A stretch of 64,000 bases of DNA, from positions 173,166,001 to 173,230,000 of the forward strand of contig NC_042997.1 in the NCBI RefSeq assembly GCF_006345805.1, in the 5' to 3' direction. The notes below the pieces were generated by a model. It was given only the letters and a program-made list of their open reading frames with translations, was not told where the DNA came from and ran no database searches. This document shows, piece after piece, positions 39,005 through 51,814 of this stretch (the first letter of the stretch is position 1; the number at the start of each line of letters is the position of its first letter). Both the position numbers and the translations under genes were made by a program. The DNA comes from Octopus sinensis (Eukaryota).

Positions 39005-39231
39005 TTAACACTTTTGTTACTGTATTTATTTTGAGATACTCTGTATTTCTTTCAATTACTTTAAGTATAACAAAGAAATTAGTAAAATAACAGTTATCAT
39101 TAAGCTAGTGTTAGGAATATAAATTGTGACTAAGGTTTGGTGAAAGATTTTAATTTAAAACTTATGAAAACAAGACATTTGTACTACAGAGCCAGACCTG
39201 GTTTCAGCTGGGTTGGTAACGAAAGGGTTAA
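39005..39231. mobile_element. piggyBac-type MITE, family G
   Basis: TTAA-cacttttgttac ... ggtaacgaaaggg-TTAA. Confidence 0.9.
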
Positions 39232-39755
39232 AGACCCAATGGCCAAAATTTGACTATAACAAACAAATCAACACATTGCCATTGATGCATTACGCTAATG
39301 GCCTAACACATTTGGTGGGAAAGTCTACACAAATTCAATCAGTATAGGAAAAGCAACACAATCATTGAATACATTCAATTCAATTCAGTTCAGTTCTTGA
39401 AAATGAGATTGTGAAGGTCTATAAATGTTGGATATGGACTTAGGAACTCTACTGTTACAAACCAACTTTAAAAAGTTTAATTAGAAAATATGAAAAAAAT
39501 CTCAAATATGAAAAATAAAACTTGAACATAGAGTGTATTTAATGAAACACACGCGCGTGTGTGTGTGTGTGTGTGTGTGTAGGTGTGAGTGGGTCGAGCA
39601 TCTAAATGCACTTGGAACACATATTGCAGGGTTCCAAACAACTATAATGGTAAAACACACAGGAACTGAAATATAAACTTCTACTTATCCTTACTTCTCA
39701 CTCTCCATTTTGTATCACATCTAAACTAACTATGACTTAACTATCCTCTCACACC

Positions 39756-39807
39756 GTCTCCGATGAAGGGAGATAATAAATAAATATCCTGGAAACAGCT
39801 GTAAGAC
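39756..39807 (+). ncRNA. Hammerhead-like motif in a PLE remnant
   Basis: Stem I gtct/agac, core ccgatga + extra a, stem II gata/tatc with damaged base, gaaa, palindromic stem III acagctgt, GUA site. Confidence 0.6.
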
Positions 39808-41685
39808 CTTCTATTCTATAAATGCTCTAATATCTACACGGCCTTGGTTTTTTTATCTTATTATGCAAAAAATTCTTGTATGTGAGTTTGTGTGTATGTA
39901 TATATCTATATATGAGAGATACACACACACACACATATATATACATATATATATATATGAGAGATAGAGAGAAGTAATATGTGTGTGTGTGTGTGTGTGT
40001 GTAGACAATCAGACAGATACATGTGTGTGTACTTGTTCGATTCCGTGTAAAGTATTTATTTCTCTGGTATTTCGAATAAGGAGTTGCTTAATGGCCAGAT
40101 ATATTTTAGAAGCAGATGTAGATAATGACACTACCTAAATCGACAACATTACTTTTTATGCAGTGTGTAAACAAAGCCAAGACAGAAATCAAAAAGCTGT
40201 GTGTTTGTGTGCACGCACACATGCACACGTGCAATTAAGACATTTATTTTGCAACCCACATGGTTTCATATTAGTTCTCGCAGTGTAGCAAATAAGGGAA
40301 AATATCTTTTACTATAACCTTGGTCTGAGCGATGTCTTGTGAGTGAAATTGGTAGATAGGAACTATACAGATGTCCATGGTGTGTGTATGCTTTTATAAA
40401 ATACATGCATTCATTTCCCAATTCATTCATCATGCATTTGTGTGAGTCTGTGATCCCATGTTCTTTCAAATGAAGATAAAACAGTACTTTGTCAATTTTT
40501 CAGAGTTCCTCTGGTGCCATGTTCTTCATATATTAAAACTTCACTCCATGTGTTTGCTCTTGGACATATACAAACTGTGCGTGCTCATATGGTGTGTGTG
40601 TGTGTGTGTGAGTGAGAAAGAGAGAGAGAAAAAAAGAGAGAGAGAGAAAGAGAGAGTGTGCGTGTGTGTAAGGGAATGGTGAAGATGAAAAAAAAAATGA
40701 AAGAATGAGAAAGGAAAGAAAGAAAATACTAAAGCAGAATAAATATAGTCGCCATCTGATTAACAGAAAATATCAATATTCTTAGTTTAGAAGTATATAT
40801 TTTGACATTAACAAGAGTAGTAGTAGTAGTAGTAGTAGTATCAGCAACATTAAATAGGAGAAGTAGTAGTAGTAGTGGTATCAGTAGTTGAAGTATGAGT
40901 AGATATATCAATAATTACAGGGGAATGCTTGGTGTTTGGTTTGATTACATAGGCACAGCTGGTGTAAACTAACATCAAAGTTGATTACAAAAAAAAAAAG
41001 GAAAAAGCAAATAGACAAGAAAAACAACAAAATTTTTATGTTTGTCCAGATATCTTTTCAAGTCATATTTATGGAACAGACAGTTACATTTATCTTTAGT
41101 TAAAAAAAAAAAAAAGAAAAAAAAAAGAAAATCTATCAGTCTCATTGATTGTGACCACAGTGAAGTGATATGCTTTGTCACTCACAATGTCAAAAAAAAA
41201 ATAATAAACCAGCTTAAAATGTTAGGCTACTATATATATCCTTTAAATCCTGTCTTGAAAATCTCTAATTCTGTGATGTTTTTTAAAGCAACGCATGTGG
41301 TCAGAAAGGCACAGAAAGTTACATATGAAAAATATTTCTTTTATTGATCGGTGTTACTGGTGCTTAATCAAATATATTATATGTACACTACGGCTGGCTA
41401 AGTTTTAGAACTAGCGCCATTACATTCTCTTTGGTTTATCCTTCCAGTACCCAACCCATTTTTACAATGTCTTTTTATATTTTTTTTCAAATGTTATCTA
41501 TCAAAAGTTGGGTGTGTTTGTAAAAAACCGTCCATTTGCCCAATTTCTAAGAGCAGATGTTCTATTATCACATGCTCTAACATCAACTTAAAGTGATACA
41601 GATACCAACCAACCAACCCTTCCAGCTAGACAAGAAAAACAGTGCACAAATGTACAACAGATTATATTATTGTTATTGTTATTAT

Positions 41686-41893
41686 TAAGGCACTGAGCTG
41701 ACAGAGGAATGTTAGCATGTTGGACAAAATGCCTAGCAGCATTTCGCCCTTCTTTACGTTCTGAGATCAAATTCCAAAGTCAACTTTGCCTTTCACTCTT
41801 TGAAGATTGATAAATGAAGTACCAGCTGAGCAATTGGGTCAATGTAATTAATTATCTTCCTCCCTCAACATTTCAGGCCTTGTGTCAATTTTA
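41686..41893 (+). mobile_element. SINE family B, older subfamily
   Basis: aaggcactgagctgacagagg head after (ATT)-like tract; gtcaactttgcctttcac core. Confidence 0.75.
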
Positions 41894-42404
41894 CTTATTT
41901 TTAGAAATATTTAAGTGAATGTAAAAGTGTGTGAGTGAGTGAATGTGTGTGTACATGCATGTGTGTGTGTGACATTTGCTGGCCCTTTCAAACTTGTAGG
42001 ATTCACAGCTGAATTCTATTAACATGTTGGTAGAAACAGATTTATAGGGCTTACTGCTCTGGGAAAGAATAGTTGGGAGAAATATAAAATGTCTAAGGAG
42101 GAGCCACAAGGTTGGGTCAGGGAAAAGTGATGTGCAGCTTGTTAGTGGTTCAAAGGAGCTATGAACAACAAGTAAAGAATATTATCAACATGTGCCAGAT
42201 GGCCTCATTGGAATGTTTGCTATGGTGTAGCAGCAGCAACGTACCATATACACCAATAAGCAACCTACACCTGTACCGTTTGCTTTCCTTTTTTCTTTAT
42301 TTTTTTTTTTTATGTCAGGAGGTACTGATATGTCAGTGCACATGTAGCTATTCTATTATAAGGACAATGCCTGAAATTTGGAGGGAAGGAAACCAGTCAA
42401 TTAA

Positions 42405-42570
42405 GATCAAACCAGTGCTCTAAGTTGGTACTTATTTTTATCAACCTTGAAAAGATGAAAAATGCAAAGTTGAGACCTTGATGCAATTTTAACTCAGAAC
42501 ATAACCCAGAAGCAATGCCACAAAGAATTTAGTCCAGCATACAAATGATTCTGTCAGGTCATCACCTTTA
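42405..42570 (-). mobile_element. SINE family B fragment
   Basis: ggtacttattttatcaaccttgaaaagatgaaaaatgcaaagttgag. Confidence 0.65.
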
Positions 42571-42589
42571 TCAATGCACAGATAACCAC

Positions 42590-42640
42590 ACATACACAAA
42601 CACACACACACACATGCACACACACACACACACCACACAT

Positions 42641-42695
<55 letters not shown>

Positions 42696-42700
42696 ACATG
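42590..42700. repeat. (CA)n microsatellite
   Basis: Directly visible. Confidence 0.95.
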
Positions 42701-43451
42701 TACACAGAAGGTAAACATCTTAGCTTTCGAATTACAAATCTATTTGAAGACACTGAAGATTCTGCAACACCATAAATTCTGACCAGAGAATATACATGTA
42801 TTACATATAAATAACACTGGAGTGGGGTAGGGAAAATGTTATGGAGTGAGCTACTACTACTACTACTACTATCACTACTGCTATAACAACAACATGGAAT
42901 AATAAATATTCCCACAAGCCAGAAATCTGTCTGGGTTATAGAGTTGAGGACAAATACCCCCAGAACAGTTAGCACGTAAGTAGGTATCATGGTATTGATC
43001 TTATATAAGAACTGATGATTATATTGATAATACTTCCAATAAGGGGAGAGGCAATGAGTGGGAAGGGGGGGACAAAAAGAGAGGAAAGACAAAAATGAGA
43101 AGCTGAGTAAATCAACTTCATCATCATCATCATTTAGCATCTGCATTCCATGCAGGTATGGGTAAGACTGCTGGCATGGGATGATGTAGAAAAAAAAAAG
43201 AAAAAAAGAGAAGAGAGTGAGAGAATAAAGAAAACAGCGTAGAAAGACAAGACTGAGAAGAAAAGAATATGAGTGTGAGGAAATAAGAAAGTGAAAGAAA
43301 GAGGAATAAGGAGATAGTGACAGAGAACAAGCATAAGAGACTACAGAAATGGTGAAAAAAAAAAAGAACAAGAATAAAAGAATAGGGAAATAGTGAAAAA
43401 GAACGAGAATAAGTGAATAAAATAAATGGCTAGCAGAAGTCAAAAAAAATG

Positions 43452-43483
<32 letters not shown>

Positions 43484-44104
43484 CAGTGTCTTCTTTGCTT
43501 AATGGTGAGATGGCAACCATTTGAAATAATTTCCTTGAATTAAGACAATTCCCAAGAAGACCACAATATTTCAGAACCCTTTCAAGGGAAAGTCCAATAT
43601 GACATAAGATTTGCTTGCTGCCATCATCATATGCTTAGGCAAGCAGCTAGCTACCTAGCTACTCTTTCCAGTCGGAATGTAGAAGATGGCTAGGCTCAGC
43701 AGCTCTCTTATTGCAGAGAGCATTTAACAATTTAACAACACAAGTTCTGCCATTGTCTCTCTTCCTTTTCTTTCTTGTAAAAGCGTTAAAAGCACTACGC
43801 TAATTGGAAATTGGGAAAAATCTTTTTCCCTGTGTGTCCTCTAATAGGGGGGAAATTTGATTCATAGCCTTGATATCTCGGATTTTCTTCTGTACTGGAT
43901 GAGAAACAGGGAAAGTGGGTTGAAAGAAAAGAGAGCAAGAAAAGAAAATGAAAGAGAAGAATAACTGAAGGGCAGGGAGATAACAAAAGAATGAAAAGAA
44001 GAAAGGAGCAGATGAAGAAGGATGAAAAGATCAAGATAGAAGCAGACGAAGAGAAAGAAAACAGAAAGGGTGGGGGTGGGGGGACAAAGTACATTTTTAG
44101 TTTT

Positions 44105-44415
44105 TCCCATTACCTATCTTTTACCTGTTTCAGTCACAGGGCTGGTGCAATGCTGGCACACCACGAAGGCTTAGTCAAATAAATCAAAACCAGTACATTT
44201 TATTTTTCCCCCCCAATCTGATATTTATTCTATCAGTCTCTCTTACCAAACCACTAAGTTACGGGAATGTAAACAAACCAAAGCCAGTTGTCGAGCAGTG
44301 GAAGGGATAAACACAAAGAGAGAGAGACACACACACATGATGAGCTTCCATACAGTTTCCAGCTTCCAAATTCACTCACAAGGCATAGGCTGGCCTGAGG
44401 CTATAGTAGAAGACA
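44105..44415 (-). mobile_element. Degenerate SINE family A
   Basis: cttttacctgtttcagtcac...ttcactcacaaggcatagg...ctatagtagaagac. Confidence 0.75.
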
Positions 44416-44760
44416 TGTTCAATGTGCCTAGAACTAGGGTATCAGGTTATAACCAGTCTTATAACCTAGTTCTCTGTTCAGCTGCAAAAGTTTTAACCTT
44501 ATATATTCCAAGCACTATAACTATTTTCATTTGATAAATCCACACCGGAATAAGGAATTTAGTAAAAGTAACTTAGTTATCATTCAGCTAATGTTAGGAA
44601 TATAAATAGTGACTAAGGGTTTGGTGGAAGATTTTAATTCAAAACTTATGAAAACAAGACAATTATATTACAGAGGTGGTCCCCAGTGAAGTGGTATGAA
44701 AAGTGCTAAACTCTTGATACTTATAGGCACTGAAAACCCAGTGCTACACCTCACTCTTCA

Positions 44761-44987
44761 CCCTTTCATTACTGTATTTTATTTTGAGATATTCTGTTTC
44801 TTTTACTAACTTTAAATATAACAAAGAATTTAGTAAAATAATTTAGTTATCATTCAGCTAGTGTTAAGAACATAAATTGTGACTAAGGTTTGGTAGAAGA
44901 TTTTAATTTAAAACTTATGAAAACAAGACAATCATATTACAACAGAGTCAGAGCCGATTTCAGCCGGGTTGGTAACGAAAGGGTTAA
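44761..44987. mobile_element. piggyBac-type MITE, family G (right half of a composite)
   Basis: ccctttcattac ... ggtaacgaaaggg-TTAA. Confidence 0.88.
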
Positions 44988-45008
44988 TAATGCCTAAAAG
45001 GAAGGGAG

Positions 45009-45044
45009 TTAAAACGTTTCAGACAGCAGTCCTTCGTCAGGAGA
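45009..45044 (-). ncRNA. Degenerate hammerhead-like motif in a PLE remnant
   Basis: Minus strand ctgacga a ggac-tgct-gtct gaaa cgtt; canonical core but stem I does not pair. Confidence 0.45.
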
Positions 45045-45151
45045 AAGGGAATAACAAGAATAGTGGGAAAGAGAAACAGCCAGAGAGGAGGAGGAGTAGC
45101 GTGTTACTGCAAGTATAAGAGTGCATTTGTATTTGGAGATGAACAATGTGG

Positions 45152-45223
<72 letters not shown>

Positions 45224-45236
45224 GTGTGTATATATA

Positions 45237-45285
<49 letters not shown>

Positions 45286-45570
45286 GTGAGCAGATACAGA
45301 AGCATATTGGTGTAGGGTAGTGTGTGTGAGTAATCGCTAAGCATGAGTTCAGAAAACATGGGTAGGAAGAAGTGGGAATGGGTGCAAGTATAAGGTAAAA
45401 AGAAAGGCAGCAAGAGAAATGTGAAAGGTGTGATAGAGGCAAGTATGTGTGCAAGGACATGAGCATTAAACATCGTTACATGTTTATGAATAAAGATAGA
45501 TTTATGTATCTATCTGTATATAAAACCATGCATGCACAAATATATTTATATACATGCATATGCATGCACA

Positions 45571-45603
<33 letters not shown>

Positions 45604-45997
45604 GCACACACACACATGTACATACATACACATGCACACACATAAATGTATATGTATTAAAAAGACAGGAGGCAAAAACTGCTTTGACAAAGAGAAAAAC
45701 AAGAGAAAATGCAAAAAAAAAAAAAAAAAAAGAAAATGGAACTTCTACATAATACAAAACATTTTATAAAAAGAAGAAAAAAAAATCAAATAACAAAGGA
45801 CAAAACTAAAGATTTGTAAATTAACAAAGCTATCTTCTGAATATCTAGATCTCAGAAATTAAGCTGTGAGGCAGCAAATAAGATTCCAGCTTGGTTATGG
45901 AAATTCCTCAAATGAAGATGATATTGCTGATATTCGCTTTGGTTCTTATTTACATTTTCCAAATGTGAAGAAAGTATTAAAAGGAAAAAAGAAACTG

Positions 45998-46008
45998 ATG
46001 ATGATGGC

Positions 46009-46045
<37 letters not shown>

Positions 46046-46372
46046 TGCAGGAGGAGAATGATTATAGTGATGATGATGATGATGATGATGATAAGATGAC
46101 GATAGTGATTGTGATGGAGATGATGATGATGATGGTGGTGGTGGTAGTGATGATGATAATGATACTGACAACGATAATGATATAACTGACAATGATAATG
46201 ATAACCATAATGATACTATGACGATGATAATGATATTACAGACAATGATGGTGATAACGATAATGATATTACAGATGATGATGATGATGATGATGACGAC
46301 GATAATGCTATTATTACAGACAATGATAATGATATTAGAGACAATGTTGATAGTGAGGATAACAATAAGCAA
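45998..46372. repeat. Long imperfect (GAT)n/(AAT)n/(GGT)n tract
   Basis: Directly visible; source of the poly-M/I/H ORFs in the track. Confidence 0.92.
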
Positions 46373-46749
46373 GGAACTGTCTCTAAGAACCGAAGAGGAA
46401 GCAGCAGCAGCACCAGCAGCAGCAGCAATAACAGAAGAAATTGGATGATACACAAGAAGAGATAAGACATTTCAAATTAATGTAGTTTAATGTTTAATAA
46501 ATAAACAAGTGCACAGAAGAAGCAGAGTAAATAAAAGAATAAAAACTAAGAGAGCACATGAAATGCAATTAAATGATGCGGGTGAGAGAAGATGAGTAGG
46601 AAAACAGAAGAAACAAAGGAAGAAGATGGAAGCGGGGCGTAGGAGAACACGAAGCAGCAAAATTTATTGGGCGAGAAAGGTGAGAGAGAGGGGGAAAAAA
46701 TATCTGAGAAAGAGAGAATATGGAGAAAGTCTTGAAGGAAAGAAATAGC

Positions 46750-46964
46750 TTCTAGTAAAGACACAGGGCCGGCAATTTTAAGCAGAAGTGTTATTCGATT
46801 ACACCAATCCCAGTACTTGACTGGTAATTTTATTTTTATCAACGGTGGAAGATAGAAAGGTAAAAATTGCCTTAGTAAGATTTGAACTCGAAACATAAAG
46901 AGTCACAACAAATACCACAAGGCACCTCGTATGATGCTCTTACGAATCTGCCAATTCACCACCC
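46750..46964 (-). mobile_element. SINE family B, older subfamily
   Basis: ccagtacttgactggtaattttatttttatcaac...gatttgaactc...ctgccaattcaccacc. Confidence 0.7.
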
Positions 46965-47039
46965 TAGGCAGAAGATCAAACTTGACTAGTATTTATTTTC
47001 ATATTAAGACTAATTAATATATAGATAGATAGATAGATA

Positions 47040-47220
47040 GATCGTTAGCCACTACACACATTTTTTTTTCTCTCCTTGTTTTTTTTTCTGTGTCCCTTTC
47101 TGTAGAAGAGCATAGGCTCGAAACATAAAAGACTTTTTCTATTCCTGAGCATTATACTAATACATCTGTTTGTTTTGTACCACCTGTCTTCGTCTTTTGC
47201 TTTTTTCGTAAACTCTCCCT
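47040..47220 (+). mobile_element. Penelope-like terminal remnant with hammerhead-like motif (47096-47131)
   Basis: cttt ctgtaga a gagc-atag-gctc gaaa cata aaag; flanked by (GATA)n and (TA)n. Confidence 0.7.
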
Positions 47221-47245
47221 ATATATATATATATATATATATATA

Positions 47246-47455
47246 GTTAATTAAAACAACGAAGAAAAAAGACAAAAAAGGAAAAAAATATGAAGTCGTA
47301 GCACATGCAAAGTATTAATAAAATGGTCAGAGAAGGAAAGTGTGGTTGTTTTACGTTTTGAGCATAGCTCTTCTTCGGAAACAGGAGAAAGGAAATTCCA
47401 AAAGAAAAAGAAGAAGGAAGAAAAAGTCGCCAACAGCGCAAATGTAGTTACACAC
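47246..47455 (-). mobile_element. Penelope-like terminal remnant with hammerhead-like motif (47347-47383)
   Basis: Minus strand tgttt ccgaaga a gagc-tat-gctc aaaa cgta aaaca; ends ttaac against (TA)n. Confidence 0.72.
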
Positions 47456-48052
47456 ACACACTGGTGTAGGTATGGCTGTGTGGTTAAGAAGTCTGCTTCT
47501 CAATCACATGGTTTTGGGTTCAAGACAAACCAAAATCTTGAGAATGGTTTTGGAAAACAAAAAACTGAAAGAAACTATATATATATATATATATGATACA
47601 ATATCTGTACATCACTTCAAAAACTCTCTATATATTTTATGTAATATAATATATATATAATGTATGCACATACACATTTATTAAGCATTGTCTGATTATG
47701 CATAAATGTTTTAAATATCTTCTTTTAAATCTAAAACAATGCAAGTTATAAAAAGTTTATTAAAACAGATCAATGGTTAGTCCGTTACCTGATATTTCAA
47801 TATTCCAGGGTTAGGACCCCTTCTTCAGGAAATTTATGGAGAAAAGGTGTATTATAAATTTTTAATAACTTGCATTGTTCTGGCTTTAAAACAATATTTA
47901 AAGCCTCAACCCCATATATGAGAGAGTTATTTGCATGCATTTACGGACACTATTCTCATTGAATATATGAGTTCAGAGATAATCAATGAAAAAGATCTGC
48001 TGCATCGCCAAAAGTAATCAGTATTGAGGTTATTCACTGCTTTATTCTGTTA

Positions 48053-48846
48053 CTAGCAGCATAGCCTGGTGTTGCCCGTGTATGTAAGAGCCCCTAGTAG
48101 GCAACGACTATTCCCAATCTAGTCCTTTCCCTCTAGGGAACGAAGGCGCATGTGTAGGTTGCAATGTCTTCTCTTCACTCCCAAATAACTATCAAACAGC
48201 TATCGATAGTTCAACCCAACCAATTCCTACCAGGAAGAAATTACATTCGAGACTTTACCCCCAACACCGCCACTTCTGCTAATAGCTGCTGCAGCCGCAA
48301 GTTATTCGAATACTTTTTTTGTTTACACTTTCTTTATAACTACCACCCCAAACGTTTTACCTTAAATTTTTGATGTACCCTAAGGGTCCTCGGACGCTAC
48401 TTGCAAACTCTTGGTTTATTATAAACCGCTTTTGTCGTGTGCACCAAAAAAACCTTTTCCATTCGTTTGTTCAGTTTGGTCACTTTTGACTTTTTTGTTG
48501 TTGTCACTCACATTGCTGCCCGCTTTTTTGCCGTTTTTGTACATTTTTATACATTTTGGGATACTAACCCCACGTGTTCCGAGAGTTAAAAAGGTCGAGT
48601 TGCGTCCCCTAGACAGTCTGTAGAAAATGTGTTGCATATAAAAAGCGTAGATTCTCGACCTATGTCGAATTTATCGATTTCTTTTCAGAACTGGGGGAAC
48701 TTTTCAAAATTTTCTCTGCGTTAGTTTAGAATTATGACATTGGGCTATGTGTGTGTCAAGTTTCATCAGAATCGGTTGAAAGCCGTGGTCAGGGTGAGGG
48801 CACAACCTGACAGACACACAGACAGACAAACTGCCGTTTATATATA
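48053..48846 (-). mobile_element. Non-autonomous Helitron (long variant)
   Basis: 3' end (rc) cgggcaacaccaggctatgctgCTAG|T; 5' ~280 bp shared with 48848-49218; terminal TC missing. Confidence 0.85.
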
Positions 48847-48847
48847 A

Positions 48848-49218
48848 CTAGCAGTATCGCCCGGCGTTGCTCAGGTTTGTAAGGGAAATAACTATAAAGC
48901 ATTTTTAGAGAGTTATAGCCAAAAAATAGCAAAAAAATGATGGTAAATTTTTTTTTGAGTTAAAAAAGGTTGAGTTGCGTCCCCTAGACAGTCTGTGGTT
49001 TGTTTCTGATTCTCGACCCCATGTCGATTTTATCGATTTTTTTCAGAACTGGGGGAACTTTTCAAAATTTTCGCTGCGTTAGTTTTGAATTATGACATTG
49101 GGCTATGTGTGTGTCAAGTTTCATCAGAATCGGTTGAAAGCCGTGGTCAGGGTGAGGGTACAAGCAAACAGACACACAGAAACACGCACAGACAAACTGC
49201 CGTTTATATATAGAGAGA
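48848..49218 (-). mobile_element. Non-autonomous Helitron (short variant)
   Basis: Minus strand A|TCtctctatatataaacggcag ... gagcaacgccgggcgatactgCTAG|T, no TSD. Confidence 0.9.
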
Positions 49219-49248
49219 TAGTAATTGGCTTTTAAAACCTTGTATACC

Positions 49249-49476
49249 TATTTCTTTATTACCCACAAGGGGCTAAACACAGAGCGGACAAACAAGGACA
49301 GACATAGGTATTAAGTCGATTTCATTGACCCCAGTGCGTAACTGGTACTTAATTTATCGACCCCGAAAGGATGAAAGGCAAAGTCGACCTTGGCAGAATT
49401 TGAACTCACAACGTAATGCAGACGAAATGCTGTTAAGCATTTTGCCCAGCGTGCTAACGTTTCTGCCAGCTCACCA
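49249..49476 (-). mobile_element. SINE family B with target-site duplication
   Basis: Full-length monomer flanked by direct repeat ccttgtatacc (49238-49248 and 49477-49487). Confidence 0.92.
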
Positions 49477-50068
49477 CCTTGTATACCCTTAGCTGAAATG
49501 ACCACAACTGCAGCTTTTGGAAGTATATTCCATGTGTTGATAGCCAAGTGCAAATAACTCCTGTAGGATATGCTTGTCTTAATCTGCTGATGAGTACCAA
49601 GAACTATAAGTACCGAATACATGAGACGTTCAGATCCAGATATGTAACCCTGTTTACATATGAGAAAATGTATATCAGAATCTACACACTGCTAACAGAA
49701 GGATCTATTGAGCACTTCAATGTTTTTGTATCACAATATAAACAAACACCATCAGTATGTACATAGACACACCCACATTTAAATTCGTATATACTGAACT
49801 AAAATTTAAATCCACACTGCATTTGTTTCAATTCTTCATCTTTAAAACAATAAAGAATTTAGTAAAATAAATTGGGTGATTATCAAGCTAGTATTAAGAA
49901 GGTAAACTAATGTGGAATTTTAATGAAAAGTTAGAATTTAAATCACTTCAAAATAGGTCACATGTATCATATAACCAGAGGTGATCTCCGGTGAACTGGT
50001 ATGAAAAGTGCAAAATTCATGGTACTTATAGGCACTGAAAACCCAGTACTACACCTCACTCTTCACTC

Positions 50069-50293
50069 TTAATCCTTTCGTTACTGTATTTATTTTGAGA
50101 TGTTCTGTTTCTTTCAATTACTTTAAATCTAACAAAGGATTGAGTAAAAATACTTCGTTATCATTCAGCTAGTGTTAGGAACATAGATTGTGATTAAGGT
50201 TTGGTGGAAGATTTTAATTCAAAACTTTGAAAACAAGACATTTGTACTCTGAGCCAGAGCCAGTTCCAGCTGGGTTGGTATCAAAAGGGTTAA
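50069..50293. mobile_element. piggyBac-type MITE, family G (right half of a composite)
   Basis: TTAA-tcctttcgttac ... ggtatcaaaaggg-TTAA. Confidence 0.9.
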
Positions 50294-50369
50294 TTCATAA
50301 TGATTAGTTTATTTTTGTTTTTATTTTTTTTTTTTAGATGCAAAGAATAAATACTAAAATATCTGTGAA

Positions 50370-50732
50370 CTGTAGGTGCAGGATGGTTGTGTGACTAAGA
50401 AGCTAATTCACAACAACATGGTTGCAGGTTCAGTCCTACTATGTGGCACTGTGTCTTCAACTATAAACTTGAACTGACCAATGTCCTGTGAGTGAATTTG
50501 GTAGATGGTAACTGTGAGGAAACCCATCATATGTGTGTGCATCTTGTTTGTCAACAGGTGTTGTTTGTTTACATCTCCATAATGTAGTGGTTCAACAAAA
50601 GAGACTGACAGAATAAGTATTCAACTTCAAAAATTAAGTATTAGAGCCAATTTGTTCGACTAAACCCCTTGAAGCAGTGCTCCAGTATGGTTGCAATACA
50701 ATGACTGAAACAAGTGAAAGATAAAAGGAAAA
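50370..50732 (+). mobile_element. Degenerate SINE family A
   Basis: aggtgcaggatggttgtgtg head through gactgaaacaagtgaaagataaaag tail. Confidence 0.78.
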
Positions 50733-50990
50733 AGATCCTCCAGCACTCTAGTATATACATTATTGATAATCTTGTTTAAATATAACATTCCGGATATCTG
50801 GGAATAATGTTACTTAACTAACAGGAGTGTGTTGTTAAGAGAGGGAAGAAAATATTCAAAACTGTAATTTAATTTTGCATATGGGTGATGGGGAAATCAA
50901 CATCAGAATGAAATAATTATCTTCTGAAGAGAAACATCACTCAAAAATACACTTTGAAATTCAACAATTCATTGATTAGACATATATATA

Positions 50991-51365
50991 TATGACCTGC
51001 TAGTGTACCCACACATCACTCCTTTATTCTACTACTACTAGCCTGCTACCGTGTTGTTCGCCATACACACACACACACACTTGTCATCTTCGCACACCTT
51101 CTTTACCATTCCGTCTTTGATATAGCTCTCCTGTTTTTTAAAAACATTTTCTTCTACTCTGACCACTTCCGTCTTTTAGTATGTGACCTCGTGAGTACCA
51201 CCGGCGATTTTTTTCCTCCGTCTTCCCTTCTCGGGACCTTTCCTTCTATGTTTCCGACGAAGAGCTCCGCTCGAAACGTCAAACCTTCCTTCTTCCCTTA
51301 GCGTCCAATAATACTTTATTTGTTCCACGTCCTTGTGTTGTCTTTTTGTTTTCTTGTTTGGATTA

Positions 51366-51368
<3 letters not shown>
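50991..51368 (+). mobile_element. Penelope-like terminal remnant between (TA)n tracts
   Basis: 51191-51368 is the reverse complement of 54255-54458; ends gattaact followed by a long (TA)n. Confidence 0.75.
51250..51284 (+). ncRNA. Minimal type I hammerhead-like ribozyme motif (best-preserved copy)
   Basis: Stem I gttt/aaac, core ccgacga + extra a, stem II gagc-tcc-gctc, gaaa, loopless palindromic stem III (acgt), GUC site at 51278-51280. Confidence 0.7.
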
Positions 51369-51434
<66 letters not shown>

Positions 51435-51777
51435 AAGAAAGAGATGTAAAAACAGTACTAAAATAAATATTTAAAGATTAAAAATTGATGTGTTGGGGTG
51501 AGGAAGGTGTAATTTTTTTTCTTTTCTTTTTCAATGTTAAGTTGCAACCTGATTTTCATTTCAGGTGTGTTTGTGTGTCTGTCTGTGTGCAAAAGGTGTG
51601 TTTCCTGGCAACACTTGAAACTCAGAACAGATATGATAGGTGGTGCAGGTGGAGGAAGACTAAAGTTAATTCCTATGAAACATTTGAGTCAGACACTCAT
51701 TTTATTTGTGTGTGTGAGTGTGTGTATGTGTGTGCAACTTTTCTAATTGTATCATTCTTTATATCAGACTTTTCTAA

Positions 51778-51813
<36 letters not shown>

Positions 51814-51814
<1 letters not shown>

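Noticed and set aside
43138-43161. 18-nt and 6-nt + strand microexon patterns
   Set aside because: They lie within a degenerate family C/D SINE tail.
42571-43443. Longest ORF (290 aa)
   Set aside because: Low-complexity F/S/L/CV translation of purine tracts and (CA)n.
45866-46470. Poly-Met/Ile/His ORFs
   Set aside because: Translations of a (GAT)n tract.
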